A DNA stretch of 62,821 nucleotides, filler included, from Rhabdomonas costata (taxonomy: Eukaryota): assembly GCA_019059605.1 (NCBI GenBank). It is 14 parts of 14 records of this genome, joined end to end, with 100 filler letters (N's around TTAATTAATTAA, not from the genome) between each part and the next. Parts side by side here need not be neighbours in the genome. Positions count along the whole stretch, not along the records: positions 9,075 to 13,477 come from JAHMHO010000250.1; positions 13,578 to 18,002 come from JAHMHO010000251.1; positions 18,103 to 22,506 come from JAHMHO010000252.1; positions 22,607 to 27,007 come from JAHMHO010000253.1; 10 more parts are not named here. One strand, 5' to 3'. Under the pieces are notes generated by a model that saw only the letters and a list, made by a program, of their open reading frames with translations, did not search any database and was not told where the DNA came from. A program made the position numbers and the translations under genes. This document shows, piece after piece, positions 11,583-23,692 of this stretch. The first letter of the stretch is position 1. Every line of letters starts with the position of its first letter.

Positions 11583-13197
11583 TATCTCAGCTCTTCCTTT
11601 ACAGCATTCCAAAATAATTCCGAAATGAATAGGAGGGGAGCCGGCAAAAATGAAGGGAATGTGTAGAAACGTGATGAGAAGGGAGGGGCACAAGGGAAAT
11701 GTCAGTTTTTTTTTTCGCTTGGGTGACATGTGCGGAGGTGTTTGTGTCAAACGTCTAACCGTTCAAGAATGCTCAGGATTGCCCGAATGCGGAATGGGTG
11801 TTCGTCGACTTTCATCTGGGCATTGGGCAATCCCAATCCCCACGTGCTTGAAAGCTTGAATCGATTTTCTCCCTTTTGATGTGCAACCACTGTTGATGAT
11901 GGTGCGGAAATGGACCCGCACATAACTAAGTTTGCCTTGCCCCGGCCCTATCTATTATGGATTTGGGGAACAGAGGGACACAGGGGCTCCACCTCCCTCC
12001 CCACCGTACCCATCTCCATTATTTTCTTTCACCGCGTGGCCAAAACTCACGCTTTTTCATTGTTGCTCTTCAGGGAAGCGTCACAACCACTGAGCGCTCC
12101 GCCTCCCCAGGACACCGGCGGAGAGGTTTCTATTGAAGATGTTGGGGCTCATAATGCGATGGTCTGTGTGCGCGTATGTGTGGTCATGATTGATTGCAAC
12201 CGTGAAACCGTGAGAGTGCTTTCGTCTGATAATGTGCGAATGGTTATGATCCGCAGTTTTGAATGAAAGGCTATTGGCTGTTGAGCGGCATCGGGGGGGG
12301 GGGCGGTTCTAGCGGTGGGAAAAGGAAGTCCATATTGATTCCTGACATGAAGTGCTCTCGTTCTCCAGATTTCGGTGCTGTTGCATTTTGGGGGGCGTTA
12401 AACGTTTAACGCCGTTAAACAGGCAGAACTCAATCGGCAACCAGGGAGCAGTAGAACAGTAAACCAAACCCCCTTTCGCTAAAGTAACATCATCTAGAGA
12501 AACAGGCACAGTTAGCTCCGTGCTAGCCCGCTGCTGAGAAAAATACTTTTTATTAATCGATCCACAATGTCCGAAACGTTTAACGCCGTACAATCGTCCC
12601 CACTATCACATCTATCGTCGGACACCCAGGCACAGGGATCCTTTTTTCTTAACACGAATTTTAAGGAAATTCAACATACAGGGTCAAAAATTCGAATCTG
12701 TGACGGTCCTTGCTGTATGCATTCGGTACCGACGGCCCGTTTTGTAGTCACTTGTATGTGCACTACCACACATCCCTCACCTCTCTCAGCCGGAAGACCT
12801 TTCGGGCCGACACAGGCCCGCCCAGAGGCGCTCCAGCAGCCACCCCACGGGTCATTCGCGGCTGTCGGAGCACTCTGAAGTCACGGGAAACACCTCCCTC
12901 CTTGAGGTTTGCCAGGGAGAGGATGCTCCGCTCTGGGGTGGGTTGTGGATTGGGACGCGGGAGCAAATTTCTGTCTTAATTTTATTGTCCTCTTTTTCAG
13001 ATTGACATGGGTACGGGAGTTTGGCGGTTGTGTTGTTCGAGTTCTGTCCTTTCTCTCTAAGGTTCCGTTTTTTTTGACAAAGCGCCTGAGTCTGATTAGA
13101 CTTGCCCTGTGTGTGCTGCGGATGGGTGTGTGGGGGACAGACTCTACTGAAGCCTTCGGTGAGGAACGATCCCGTGGCGCTGGAGGGAACTCTTCAG
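11488..13197 (+). CDS. 5' exons of an unknown gene with a low-complexity N-terminus and a 10-nt microexon
   Basis: From ATG 11488, exons 11488-11513, 12074-12125, 12790-12906, 13001-13010 and 13141-13197 are all GT-AG and phase-consistent without stops (MATSTFRVREASQPLSAPPP...SLLEIDMDSTEAFGEE). I recognise no homology. Confidence 0.5.
11551..11578. repeat. (CT)n microsatellite
   Basis: Read directly from the sequence. Confidence 0.9.
11627..11708 (+). repeat. Diverged dispersed repeat, with a second copy at 30257-30337 on the minus strand
   Basis: gaatgtgtagaaacgtgatgagaagggaggggcacaagggaaatgtcagtt aligns with gaatgtctaggaacgtgatgagaaggaaaggacatcgggaaacgtcagtt on another scaffold. Confidence 0.7.
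12394..12589. repeat. 20-bp perfect palindrome (ggcgttaaacgtttaacgcc) with a partial second copy at 12574-12589; possible MITE remnant
   Basis: Read directly from the sequence. The two copies form 14-bp inverted termini about 195 bp apart. No target-site duplication is visible. Confidence 0.4.
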
Positions 13198-14381
13198 GTG
13201 CCGCTGTTTCCCTTTCAGTGAGAGCGCTTTCCAAGTCTTCGACTTCCCGCGCGCGAAGCGATGTGGTTGGAACATTGCTTTCTATCGTAATCAAATCCTG
13301 AATCACGCACGTGTCCGCTGTTTTTCATTCCTTCGTGTTTTCCGTGTAAGATGTTTTCAACTGTCTTGACTGCTTCGTGGCAAACATTTCTTTCTGTCTC
13401 CATTGTTCGTGCAATTTATGGTGTGTGATCACCCCCATCTCAGGCATTGGAGTCTGAGCTGGGGGTGAACACACACCNNNNNNNNNNNNNNNNNNNNNNN
13501 NNNNNNNNNNNNNNNNNNNNNTTAATTAATTAANNNNNNNNNNNNNNNNNNNNNNNNNNNNNNNNNNNNNNNNNNNNGGGGTTTGGTCATTGATAAAGGA
13601 GGATCAGCAAGGTTTTCATTCTGGTGCTTCGTTGCTTTTGTTGGTGTTTCTGCAGTGTCAAGGGGGGAGGGGGGGCGACGGGATACAGGTCTTTTAACAT
13701 TTGGAAATCGTTTGAATCGTTTTTTTCATATAGTTTCGCTTTTTGTTCGGTACCTGGGATAGTGGGAATTAGAGCGATTGTTCGTATCTGGTAAAAAAAA
13801 AGGTGAGTCTCCTTGGTTTTTGTTTATTTGATTCGCGTGAGATCTCGTGGTACTTAGTCGTCGTCTGTGTCTTTTTTTTTCAGAAGCACCTCTGCGTTTG
13901 TTTGCGGTGTTCGTTTAAAGCAAGTCATCCTCTCCATGAGATGGGCGGGGGGAGTGAACCCAGATGCCCAAAAAGTGCTACGAAATGCAAGTGCTGCGAA
14001 CTGAGTCCAAACTCTAATATACTGATTCAGATGAAATTCAACTTTTTGACAACCACGCGACGAAACTTTTCGGAGGGTTGAAAGGAATCTTCATTGCAAG
14101 GTAAGTGGACCCGGACCCCGACTGATCAGTGTGCGGGGTAATGGCAGAGCCATGCTTTCATCCTGACCCTCCCGAAGTGTGTTTTGGTTTCTGGGCAACT
14201 CAGCAGGAGCTTCGTTCCATAGCACTGACGTTTCGGAAATCTGAAGACATTCGTATGCTACAATATGTGAGAATCCTCCGCTCTTCCCTCATCCAAACTT
14301 TTGTGCTGCTCTGTTCGACTCGGGTGTAAAAAAAATGCCTTTCTCGCAGCGGCTGCAAAACCGCATTGCATTTGTTCAAAA

Positions 14382-17300
14382 ATGTCTGTGAGGGCGCCGG
14401 TGGCGGAGTTCCCCGAGCTGCACTTCCCGCGGGAGGCCCTTGTGGAGCTTTCGCAGTGGGTTCGGGGTCAGCTTGACTCGGCGCTGAGGTGCTGTGAGAT
14501 TCGGCTGCCGGGCTGCGCCGTGCCGCTGTCCTGTGTGTGCGGGCCAGGGCTCCTGGAGGATTCACCGCCCCCATGTCAGAATGTCCAGAGACCACGCCGG
14601 TGCAGGGCTCACGCCGATGGTCGTTTAGCACTCTTCTTGGAAAGTTACCCTTTTCTCAGGATGAGCTTATTCGCGCTGGAGTGCTACGTGAGTCCTGCAA
14701 CAGAGTGCAAGGGAATTGGTATGCATAGCCATTACTATTGGTGAAAGGGACACACGGGGAGTTCATCTGAGGTTGCTCCGATGTGTGTAATGTCTGCTGT
14801 TTTCTGAATAAGTCTATGATGAACATGTTATAATACGGAAATTCTATGCTATAAGTCCTGCGGTGTGACCTGTGCAACGCTTTGCCGAGAACGGGGGGGC
14901 CAGTTCGAGCTTGTGCTGTCTATGCCCCACTCCCATCACCTCTGACCTTCTGACTCCCTCCCAGCCGGTTCGCCTGGCCCCGGGAACCTTTCTGGGGGTG
15001 GACCTTGGGGGTACCACATGCAAGATCTTCCGGTGCGTCTTCCGCAGCAGCAGCCGCGATTCTGTGGCTGGTGGTGGAGGCGTCGGTTGTGATTCGGGTG
15101 CCGATGATGGCGGCCATAATGGGGATGGTGAGCCGGTGAGGTTGGCTGAATGGGAGCTGGCTTTGCGTCGGGAAGTGCCCGAGGAGATCCGGCGTGGGTG
15201 TCGTGCGGGGAGCCAGCTGTTTGACTTCCTTGTGGAGTGCGCCTTGGCGGCCCTGCGAGAGGTTCGTGTATGTTGAACAGAGCGGTCAGTGGTGGCTCTC
15301 CCATGCAACGTGCATGTGTGTGTGTGTTAAGGATCTTTATCCATGACCGGAGAATCGGATTACTTTTGTCCAGTGAGTGCATTCGCGGATTTGTTTTGAG
15401 ATGAGAAAAAGAGAGATCATTGCTGATGCCTTCATTTCCTGGCATTCATCTCGTTCCTATTCACTTTTGCGGGCAGGCTTAAGAAGTTTTTCGGTTGAAA
15501 TCATGAGGACGAAGTCCTCCTGTGCTCCTGTGTGCTGCTGTCCGTCTGTGCTTGCGACTTGTTCTCCTCCACCACCTCCTCCTCCTGCGCTGTTCTGAGA
15601 GGAGTTTTCTCGCTTGCAATTCAGGTGGTTCATTCTTGTTGTCTATTTCTTTTTTGGATCCGTGTGCTGTATTTCAGGAAGACAAAAGCTCGGTGGTTGC
15701 CCTGGGTCTGTCCTTTTCCTTTGGAATACAAACCACCGCAGTGGACCGGGGCATCATTTTTGCCTGCAGCAAGGAGTGGGACATCAGTGGTATGCGAAAC
15801 TCCACGCTAAGGACTGCGCCCCTCAGTGATTATAAACATAAGCATAAGCTGTCATAATGCCTGTCTTGGAGTAAAAAAACCTCAAGTATCCTTCGTGTGT
15901 TCTGTGGTGTCGTATGTTTAATTTCCCGAAGTTTCGCATGTTCCCAGCTGCCTCTCTTACCATGCCCACCTCCAGTATCCAGTGCTTGCAAACCCCCGGC
16001 CACGTTCTGTGTGCTGCAGCGAGTGCGAGTACATGAAATGTTCAAACGTCTTTGATACAAGTGACCGGCATCGAGCTGAGCCTCCCATTTATTTCTGATG
16101 GAAAATGGCAGGTACAGCACAGGCTTGCGTGTATTTTTCCACTGGGTGAGTTGGATTGGCATTTTCCGAGAAGTTCCCATGTCCTCAGCGAGCATACGCT
16201 GGCGATCCGAAAAGGGCATAGAATGCGAAATGGCAGATGCAGCACAGGCCAGTTGGTATGTGTGTGACAGACTGCTTTGGCAAAGAGGTCACGGAGCTCT
16301 TCGAGGAGGCCCTGCAGCGCCGCCGTGGCAGCTGCGGGGGCGGAGGGGATGCGGGTGGCCCTGAGCTGCGAGTGGTGGCGCTACTCAACNNNNNNNNNNN
16401 NNNNNNNNNNNNNNNNNNNNNNNNNNNNNNNNNNNNNNNNNNGTTGGTGTGTTGGCAGCTGCGGGGGTGGAGGGGATGCGGGTGGCCCTGAGCTGCGAGT
16501 GGTGGCGCTACTCAACGACACCCTGGGTGCGCTTGTGAAGGGCATGGTGGAGGAGCCCGGCACGGCTGCCGGCCTTGTTCTGGGGACGGGCACGAACCTG
16601 TGCTACTGGCAGCGAGTGTCGCCGGGGTGCCCAGGCTCTGTTGAAGTCCTCGGCCCTACTCCTTCCCCACCCTCACAGTTTGTGCTAGTCACGGAGTGGG
16701 GCTCCCTTGGGGGTCGAGGCGTAGGGGAAGGGGATGGGTCGGTGCCGCGGTGCTTTCGGCTTACCGAAGTGGACCGAGCCATGGACAAGGAATCCCTGCA
16801 TCCTGGCCAAACTGTGTTTGAAAAGCTAGTCAGTGGGAGTTACCTTGGTGAGCTGGTGCGGCGATTGCTGGTGGCCCGGGTGGAGCTCCCAGAAGACTGT
16901 CCCCTGCGTCGCAGGTGTGTTTATGTGTGCTTGACGACCTGTATGTGGTGGTGGAGAGCACACCTCTGGCTGTCCCCTCAAGCACTTACCAAGCGCATAC
17001 CAAGAGAGCCTCCAAAAACAACACCGCCAGGGGGTGCGGAGACGGCCTCCCAGGCTTTTTTCAAAGAAGGCCTGAAGGCCGAATGGGCGAGATTTCTGTG
17101 TACTTTTTGTGTTTGCTTGTGTCCAAACGTAAGACTTCGTTTTCCTCAGTGAGAAAGTGGCAACGAATAGAGCACGAACTGCGCCTCCCACCGCATCTCA
17201 GGAACTCCCTCCCCAGCTCTGTTCTTGGTGTGGTGCTTTCGGAGGAGGCGGGGAGCTCCCCAGAGCTGTCCTCGCTGGCCCCTGTGCTGTCCCAGGAGCT

Positions 17301-17446
17301 GGGCTGGGTGGGGTCGACGGCCTCGCAGCGGTCCACCCTGCGGGCTTCTGCTGCGGCTGTGGTGCAGCGAGCGGCCGCAGTGGTTGCTGCCGGGGTGCAC
17401 GCGGTGGCTCAGCACATCCAGGAGGGTGGCGTCGTCCCTCCGGCTG
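14382..17446 (+). CDS. Hexokinase (divergent; 3' end missing)
   Basis: Exons 14382-14488, 14660-14687, 14965-15261, 15678-15789, 16271-16914 (contains a false gap) and 17202-17446. Motifs: FLGVDLGGT, LGLSFSF, ALLNDT, GLVLGTGTNLCY, TEWG and GQTVFEKLVSGSYLGELVR. Confidence 0.93.
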
Positions 17447-17908
17447 GTGAGACCCCGCATGGTGTGGTAGGATCGTTCCTGTCCTCTTGAATCAGGGACT
17501 CCTCTCCGAAGATATATTAGTTCCAGGAAATGCGCTTGTATTCACGCTTGCCTTGGGCGATGCTTTGGTTGCGTTGAGGTTGAGTGCGGCTAGGTTGAAT
17601 GCAACGCGTTCAGAGCGATGTCGCTTCTTTTTATGCTCCCGTATGCTGCATCCCCGAGTTGTATGTAGCGTAATTTTTTGCGCACTGTTGTAAACTTTCA
17701 GCTCCTAAGCGCACAACTATCCTCCAACGCGCATAGAGATGGTGTTTCCAGTGGGGGTGCACCTCTGCACAAGGATTGCGATTGTGTGCCCAAAAGCGAT
17801 GGGGGACAGACGAGCAGGATGAAGGGGACGCTTACCCTCGAGCTCCAGCTTACGCTCGCAAAAGAAAAAAAAAAGTGAAATCCGGCTCCAGCGGAGGTAT
17901 GCTTTGCT

Positions 17909-17996
17909 TTGTCTCGCAACTGCCGTGGCAGGAGGAAGCCCCGTCACGGTCCTCTCCGTGGAAGGGCTTCCTCCTGCCACGGCAGTTGCGAGACAA
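17909..17996. repeat. Perfect 33-bp inverted repeat (hairpin) at a scaffold end
   Basis: 17909-17941 is the exact reverse complement of 17964-17996. The 22-nt loop holds a further cacgg/ccgtg stem. Confidence 0.92.
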
Positions 17997-18102
17997 CACA
18001 AANNNNNNNNNNNNNNNNNNNNNNNNNNNNNNNNNNNNNNNNNNNNTTAATTAATTAANNNNNNNNNNNNNNNNNNNNNNNNNNNNNNNNNNNNNNNNNN
18101 NN

Positions 18103-19500
18103 ACGGTAATGTGACCCGGGAAGCTTTGGAACAGTTCAGTCGCCGTCTTCAGCTCGTACCAGTGCTTTGGGCCCGCTCCCAGTACTTGTTCACGGTCGGG
18201 CCGACGAACAAAATGCCCGTAGCGAGGTGGTAGATGCCGTAGATTATGTCAGTTGTGTCCAAGAGCTTCTGCGTGTCCTTATAGTTCACGCTGGAGTTGG
18301 CGGCTTTGGACCCACTCAGCTTAAAATCTTCGCGGATAGCTGGCTTTCGCCACTCGCGGCCATCCACGGAGAGCTGCCAGCTCCTCCATGAATCCCAGGT
18401 CCACTCATCCTGGTGACGCCTGTTGCGGTAATGCTGAGGAGCGTGTAGAAGGGCTCAGGCAGCGTCAGAAACCTGGTGTCCAGGACATTCTCCGCGACTG
18501 AAGCTGTCGATGTAGCTGCGGACACTAATCGAGGTGCAGCCTGCTTGCCTTCGGCATGGTGCGCTGTCGTTGATGCTTCTTCTGGCGCTGCGGAGAGCGC
18601 TTCTCTGAAGAGGGGGTTCCGCTCGATGGTTCAACCTTTGTGTCGTAAAGTCTTCTTTTCCTTATTCTTTGCGTTTCTTTGTGTTTCTTCCGGATGCCGT
18701 TCATGGTGGTGATGGTGATACTCATGGGCCCACCACTAACCTCCAAAACGCTGTCGTGCAGCACGGGGATCCAAACCTATGTCATAAGAGGCGCGAGCAC
18801 ATGGGGCTTGACGCCTCTGAGGAGCACTATGACTTACCACATGGTTGTGTATGGCGTCATAGATGGGTGCCGTTTGGTGGTGGTGATGTTGTTCTTGCTA
18901 TTTGCGTCGTCAAGCTTCTTCTTTCTGCTTTGTGCTGCTTCTGGGTTCTTCGGCTTCGGTATTCTTGAGCTTTGTTGTCAGGCTCTTCCTTCTTGGGCCC
19001 TCGCCGTAATTTCTGCATCGGCCTCCGGGACCAAGAAAACGACCCATGTCCAATTGGCCTTCTCCTGAAATTCTCCTTGGCGTACAGACCTTTCCGAGAA
19101 TACCGACGCCAGAGGTGGCAACGTGCACCACGATGCCACAAGCCTTTGTCAGGCTCCCAGGTGGTAATGAGCACCCCGACCATGCGCGTTTGCGACACCC
19201 TCCACCACTAAAAGTTAAAAATTATTTCGTAACCGGACTGTTTAGAGCTAAACTTTCCGGATGTTTAGCCATTGTGATGCCACGGGGTGATGGTAGGAAC
19301 CTCTGGTGTAGTGGGGGCCTCGACAAGCATGGTGTACCCTGATGGCTCCTCCTTGGCGGTGGGGGTCCCGCCTGGCCACCTGCCTCCCTCAAGTGGTGCT
19401 GGAGCGTGGGTGGTATGGCGTCTGGGGCTTTTTTCTGGTTGTGCTGCTGTGGATCAGATGCTGATTTTGATGCTCCAGTACGTAAGCCTTCAAACTTCAT
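18103..19500 (-). mobile_element. Decayed Penelope-like retroelement, 5' part with a GIY-YIG endonuclease
   Basis: DIIYGIYHLATGILFVGPTVNKYWERAQ followed, after a frameshift, by KHW at ~18160-18250 fits the GIY-YIG pattern. It shares tggacctgggattc(a/c)tgga (18385-18403) with the RT-bearing copy at 21075-21093. The upstream boundary is approximate. Confidence 0.7.
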
Positions 19501-20579
19501 GTGGTGGAAGACTTTGTGATGGAAATGTGAGGTACTCTGGCATTGTGTTCTTTGCCCGATGTTTTCCTCCTCAATAGCAACAACAAATCATAGCTGGCTA
19601 GGAGTTTACACTGAGGCAGTAAACGGCAGAAGGCGGTTGGTGTCGTGAGCAACTAAGGTAGGTGGTAGCAATTGAAAAAGCAGATTGCCACAAGTACTTG
19701 TCCAACTAAAGGTGGGCAATGGGCATGCCAATGGCCGTAAATGGATGCATGATGTAGCGTAGCAATTGACATGTGAGTTATAGATGTCTCTCGGTGAGTG
19801 GGTGAGTATGCGTGGATGATGGTGATAATGTAAGAAGACAGCTTTGATTGATTAACTTGCGGAGATGCGTAATGTGTCACACATCAAGTGGAGGCGTGGC
19901 AAACAAAGCTTCGACGGAGAACCTCGGTTTGTGGAAAATAAGCTCCCACAAGAAAATGTTGCAGAGTGTATGTTTTAAACCGTAGTTTTCTACCATTGTT
20001 TGACGTAATCGTAGTGCTGTGGGTGAATAACACCGCATTAGAAGATAATGGTGTGACACAAAAAAGACGTTAAATCGTTTTTGGTCAATTAGGTTTCTAA
20101 GAAAACTGCACTCAAGTGCACATTTTTCATAGTAATATAAAAAACTGATGTTTCGGCATTTTTGCCTTGTCTTTCCTCACATATCACATTACAAAGTGTT
20201 CGGCGCTAGTGCCACAACCACAACTATCAAGTGCATTTATGTAACAGAGGTAGAGTGATCTGTGGCGTTTTTTGTCCCCTTTCTGAGTTTGCAGGTGTTG
20301 GGATCTGATGAACGGTTCCATTGATTAAAATAGAAGCGTTTTGTGGTGGTTCGTGTTGAGGGGGGGGGCACTTAATAGTGCGGGGGCACATAAATGCGCT
20401 TATGCCAACTGTTATTTGTGTTACGGAGCCATTTTAGTTTCTGTTTCATTCCACACCAATGTATTCCGATGAGCTGATGCCGCATGGGACCGAGGAAACG
20501 CCACACTTATTGGCCATATGCCTTCTTGATCTAGTGATACAAAGGCATCAGCGCCTGGAAGCTCTCTGTCTCAAATTAT

Positions 20580-22500
20580 CAACCACAAGGTGTGTGTGTT
20601 TGCGTGTGTGTGTGTGTGCAGATGAGCACTGCGCACACCCTAACTCCAACTCCCGTAGCGTCGTCCAGCACAAACGTCCGCACCGTGAAAGCGCCAAAAA
20701 AAAACCAACAGGTGTGCAGAACAAGCAGCACAAGGACATGCCACAGCACACTGCTCCAAGGCGCCCTGTGTGACGGAGGCCAGCCACCAACCCCGGCCCG
20801 CTGAGATCGTTATCACCAAGGAGACACGTCCACAAAACCACAAGCAGTGGTCGTTGACCGCCTGTCGCCATCGTCTCTACAGTCACACAAGCCTGCACAC
20901 CAGTGTCCACGTTCCTCTTCACTTGCAAGGTCTGCAACAAAGAGTGTCATCAGGCTTACTGCATGACTGGAGGTAGCTTGGAGTCCAAATGCATCGACGA
21001 GAGACAGCTTTCAATCCCGTACCTTTGACAAGCACGAGCCTCAGGTTTCAAGAAGCCTGAGGCACCAGAATCTCTGGACCTGGGATTCCTGGATGGAGTA
21101 GATGAAATGGCTTGGAATCCGGCGCTGGTACAAACCCGGCATTCAGAGAGGTTTTCAACATTCAACCGTATTGTAAGAGCCAAAGCAGATGTTGTGATCG
21201 AGAACTGGCAAGATATTGAATTTTTGCACCATGTACACTTCCTTCCCGTTCCGTTTGATGATCGGCCGGACACTTGAAGCTGTAAATGAGGCTTGGGACT
21301 TCGTCATACAGCGGGACTCTGGGCTCTAGAATGACGGAAGACGGCGCTCCCCTTGAATTGACACTCGGACAGAAGGGGTTGTCCAATGTTGGAAAGGGAT
21401 ACACTCGATCTCAAGTCGCAGAACTCCTAAAATACCTGATCGAACACAACTACGTCAACGTAGGCGGTAGGTTCTGCGACAAATGAAGGGGATTCCAATG
21501 GGAACGCACGCTGCTCCACAGATTGCCAACATGGCATGCCACCATTTCGAGAAGGAGGCAAGCTTACAGTCTCGATCCCGGAAGGCCTCTTGAGGTTTGC
21601 CGCTACATTGACGACGACGATACTCTGCATGCGTGCCACCCCACCCAGAAGACACATGCGGCATTGAATACAAGACTAAAGCAAAGGGGAGTTTGTTGTG
21701 TATCTCGTGTTCGCGTCTATGAGAAGGTTGGAGATGACTGCACCAAGGGGTCATACCATCATTACATCGTGCGCTACCATGACAACGCCACAGTATCCAC
21801 GCGAGAACAACTTGGCGGAGTCATAATGGGGCGTCTGCTGCATTTCCAGGAGAACTCCAGCCATATGGAGGCGTGGCTACGGTCTTCCGGCAGGCCATAT
21901 GGTGGGTATATGGCGGCTCTTCCTCTTCCAGAGGTGGCAGGCAGTCGACATCATGGTGAAGGAGCTTCGGACATGGTTCACCAAGGACGGATGGCAAACC
22001 AGGTCTCTAGCCAATCAATCCAGCGCAATCATTGCATGCAGCATGCGGAATCAGGTTTCTTCAGGTCTTTGTGGTCATTCGCTACACACACACTTCCAGA
22101 AAACACCAGCAGCTAGCGCCACAGGAGCCTGTCCAGACAGCGGCTTCAGCAGACCACAACCCGCCGCTGCCGCGGCCGCGGTCACTTCAGCTCTGACCAA
22201 ACCACAGAGACATAAAGAACCACCAATGCAGGTGGATTTGGATACGGAAGCTTACAAGGAAGCTCCCGTGATGGAGGTGGACAGCCGAACGTCCCATCCT
22301 TTGCGGGAATCGCGCAAGTGAGGAAGATCGGATTCACGACAGTGCCACCACGGTCCTCGATCCAATCGAGGCCCCGCCTGTTCCTTATGTGCCCAGCCAA
22401 CCACCAGCTTCCATCAGCCTGAGAGGTCCGAGGTCGAACCCATGAACGAGGACACTCAGCCGCAATGGCCTTCAAAGGTGGATATCTCTGACGCTGTGCC
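20580..22500 (+). mobile_element. Decayed Penelope-like retroelement with reverse transcriptase
   Basis: Frameshifted RT motifs occur in order: FCTMYTSFP (~21215), LLKYLIEHNYVNVGG, GIPMGTHAAPQIANMA (~21490), RYIDD (~21600), then the thumb IVRY...GVIMGRLLHFQENSS. Internal deletions and stops are present, and boundaries are approximate. Confidence 0.85.
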
Positions 22501-22647
22501 CACCCCNNNNNNNNNNNNNNNNNNNNNNNNNNNNNNNNNNNNNNNNNNNNTTAATTAATTAANNNNNNNNNNNNNNNNNNNNNNNNNNNNNNNNNNNNNN
22601 NNNNNNTGTGGGTCACAGTCGTTTCCAGAGGAATTGAGGGGAGGCAC

Positions 22648-22858
22648 CTTTGGACACGGCGCTGCCAGACCCCGCGCCGGTGGGCTTGCCAGCCCCGCCA
22701 AGGGGTTTTCGAGGCGGGAGGCCCTCGGAAACGGCAGGTGGTGATGGCGACCCGTTGCCCTGGGCCCCTTTGGGCTGCTGCTGCTGAAGCTGGAAGATCT
22801 CCGCCTCGAGCTCATCGTCGTCCATCTCGTCGAACCCCACGGGCTCGTCCTCGGCCAT
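22648..22858 (-). CDS. First exon of an unknown gene (acidic N-terminus MAEDEPVGFDEMDDDELEAEIFQLQQQQ)
   Basis: ATG 22858, GC-rich coding-like codons and an aag|gtgcct donor. The rest lies beyond the scaffold end. Confidence 0.55.
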
Positions 22859-23692
22859 CTTCTGGGTTTTTTCTGCGCTCTTTCGGTGGGCTTCGAGAAG
22901 GACACCTCAGAGGGTGGGGTGTTTGGGAACAGCAGCGGCTGAGCCACTGTCCAACAAAAAGAACTGAGAACCACACGATCTGTGACAAGGGCAGAAAGGC
23001 AGGGGCACACTGTCTTGAAAGTGAGGTACACGAAAGAAAGTCAACTCGTGGGGCCGTTTTTTTCGACCAGTGGGTGAAGGATTTCGTGAGGCTGGTGTGT
23101 TGGACGCAAGGTACTGCGCTGCTGTATTGTTCCCAGCGATTATGTGCATCAGGAGGGAGCCAAGTGGAGGATAGTGGTACATGACGAGAGTCGCTTCCAA
23201 GAGTGAAGGGGGGGGGGACAGGGGCTCACCACGCCCAAACTCCCTTGAAGTCTTCTACAGAAATCCTGGGTGGGTGGGGACTCGTCCGTCGCCCCGTAAC
23301 CCGACTTCGAATCCTTTGTAGCGATGTGGGAGCAGAGGGTTGTCTTAAACCCATCAAGTTACATATACCGACGGGACTAACCCCTAAGCCGACAAACATC
23401 GGCTCAATTCCATATCAAAATGCGCCACTACAGAGAAGTGATGGAAATTTCATTAACTTGCGCGCCACAAACCTCAGCACCTCTTCAGGTGCAGCACAGA
23501 AAACGGGTCAAACTCAACAACGCGAAAAACCATCCTGACAACCCCAATCCACACCAAACCATCCTCACCTCCAACATGCCCCACTCGCCGTGAAAAAACG
23601 TCCGTAAAGGACGAAAAGGGTTCTTGCTGCTAAATGGACCTCCCCCTCCGGCGGCCGCAGGCGGTCATTGGGGGTCAGCGTGTCTGTCACTA

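Noticed and set aside
16325..16516. Apparent duplication of a hexokinase exon segment (GSCGGGGDAGGPELRVVALLN twice)
   Set aside because: The copies flank an N gap and the second starts with a G/T tail. This is an unmerged contig overlap.
20461..20525. Hammerhead-ribozyme-like string (ccgatgag...gaaacgcc...ggc) upstream of the Penelope-like RT, and a ggca-aaaa-tgcc-gaaac stem on the minus strand near 20150-20170
   Set aside because: PLEs often carry hammerheads, but neither site has an intact CUGANGA core with three pairing stems. An Infernal search on a consensus would be needed.
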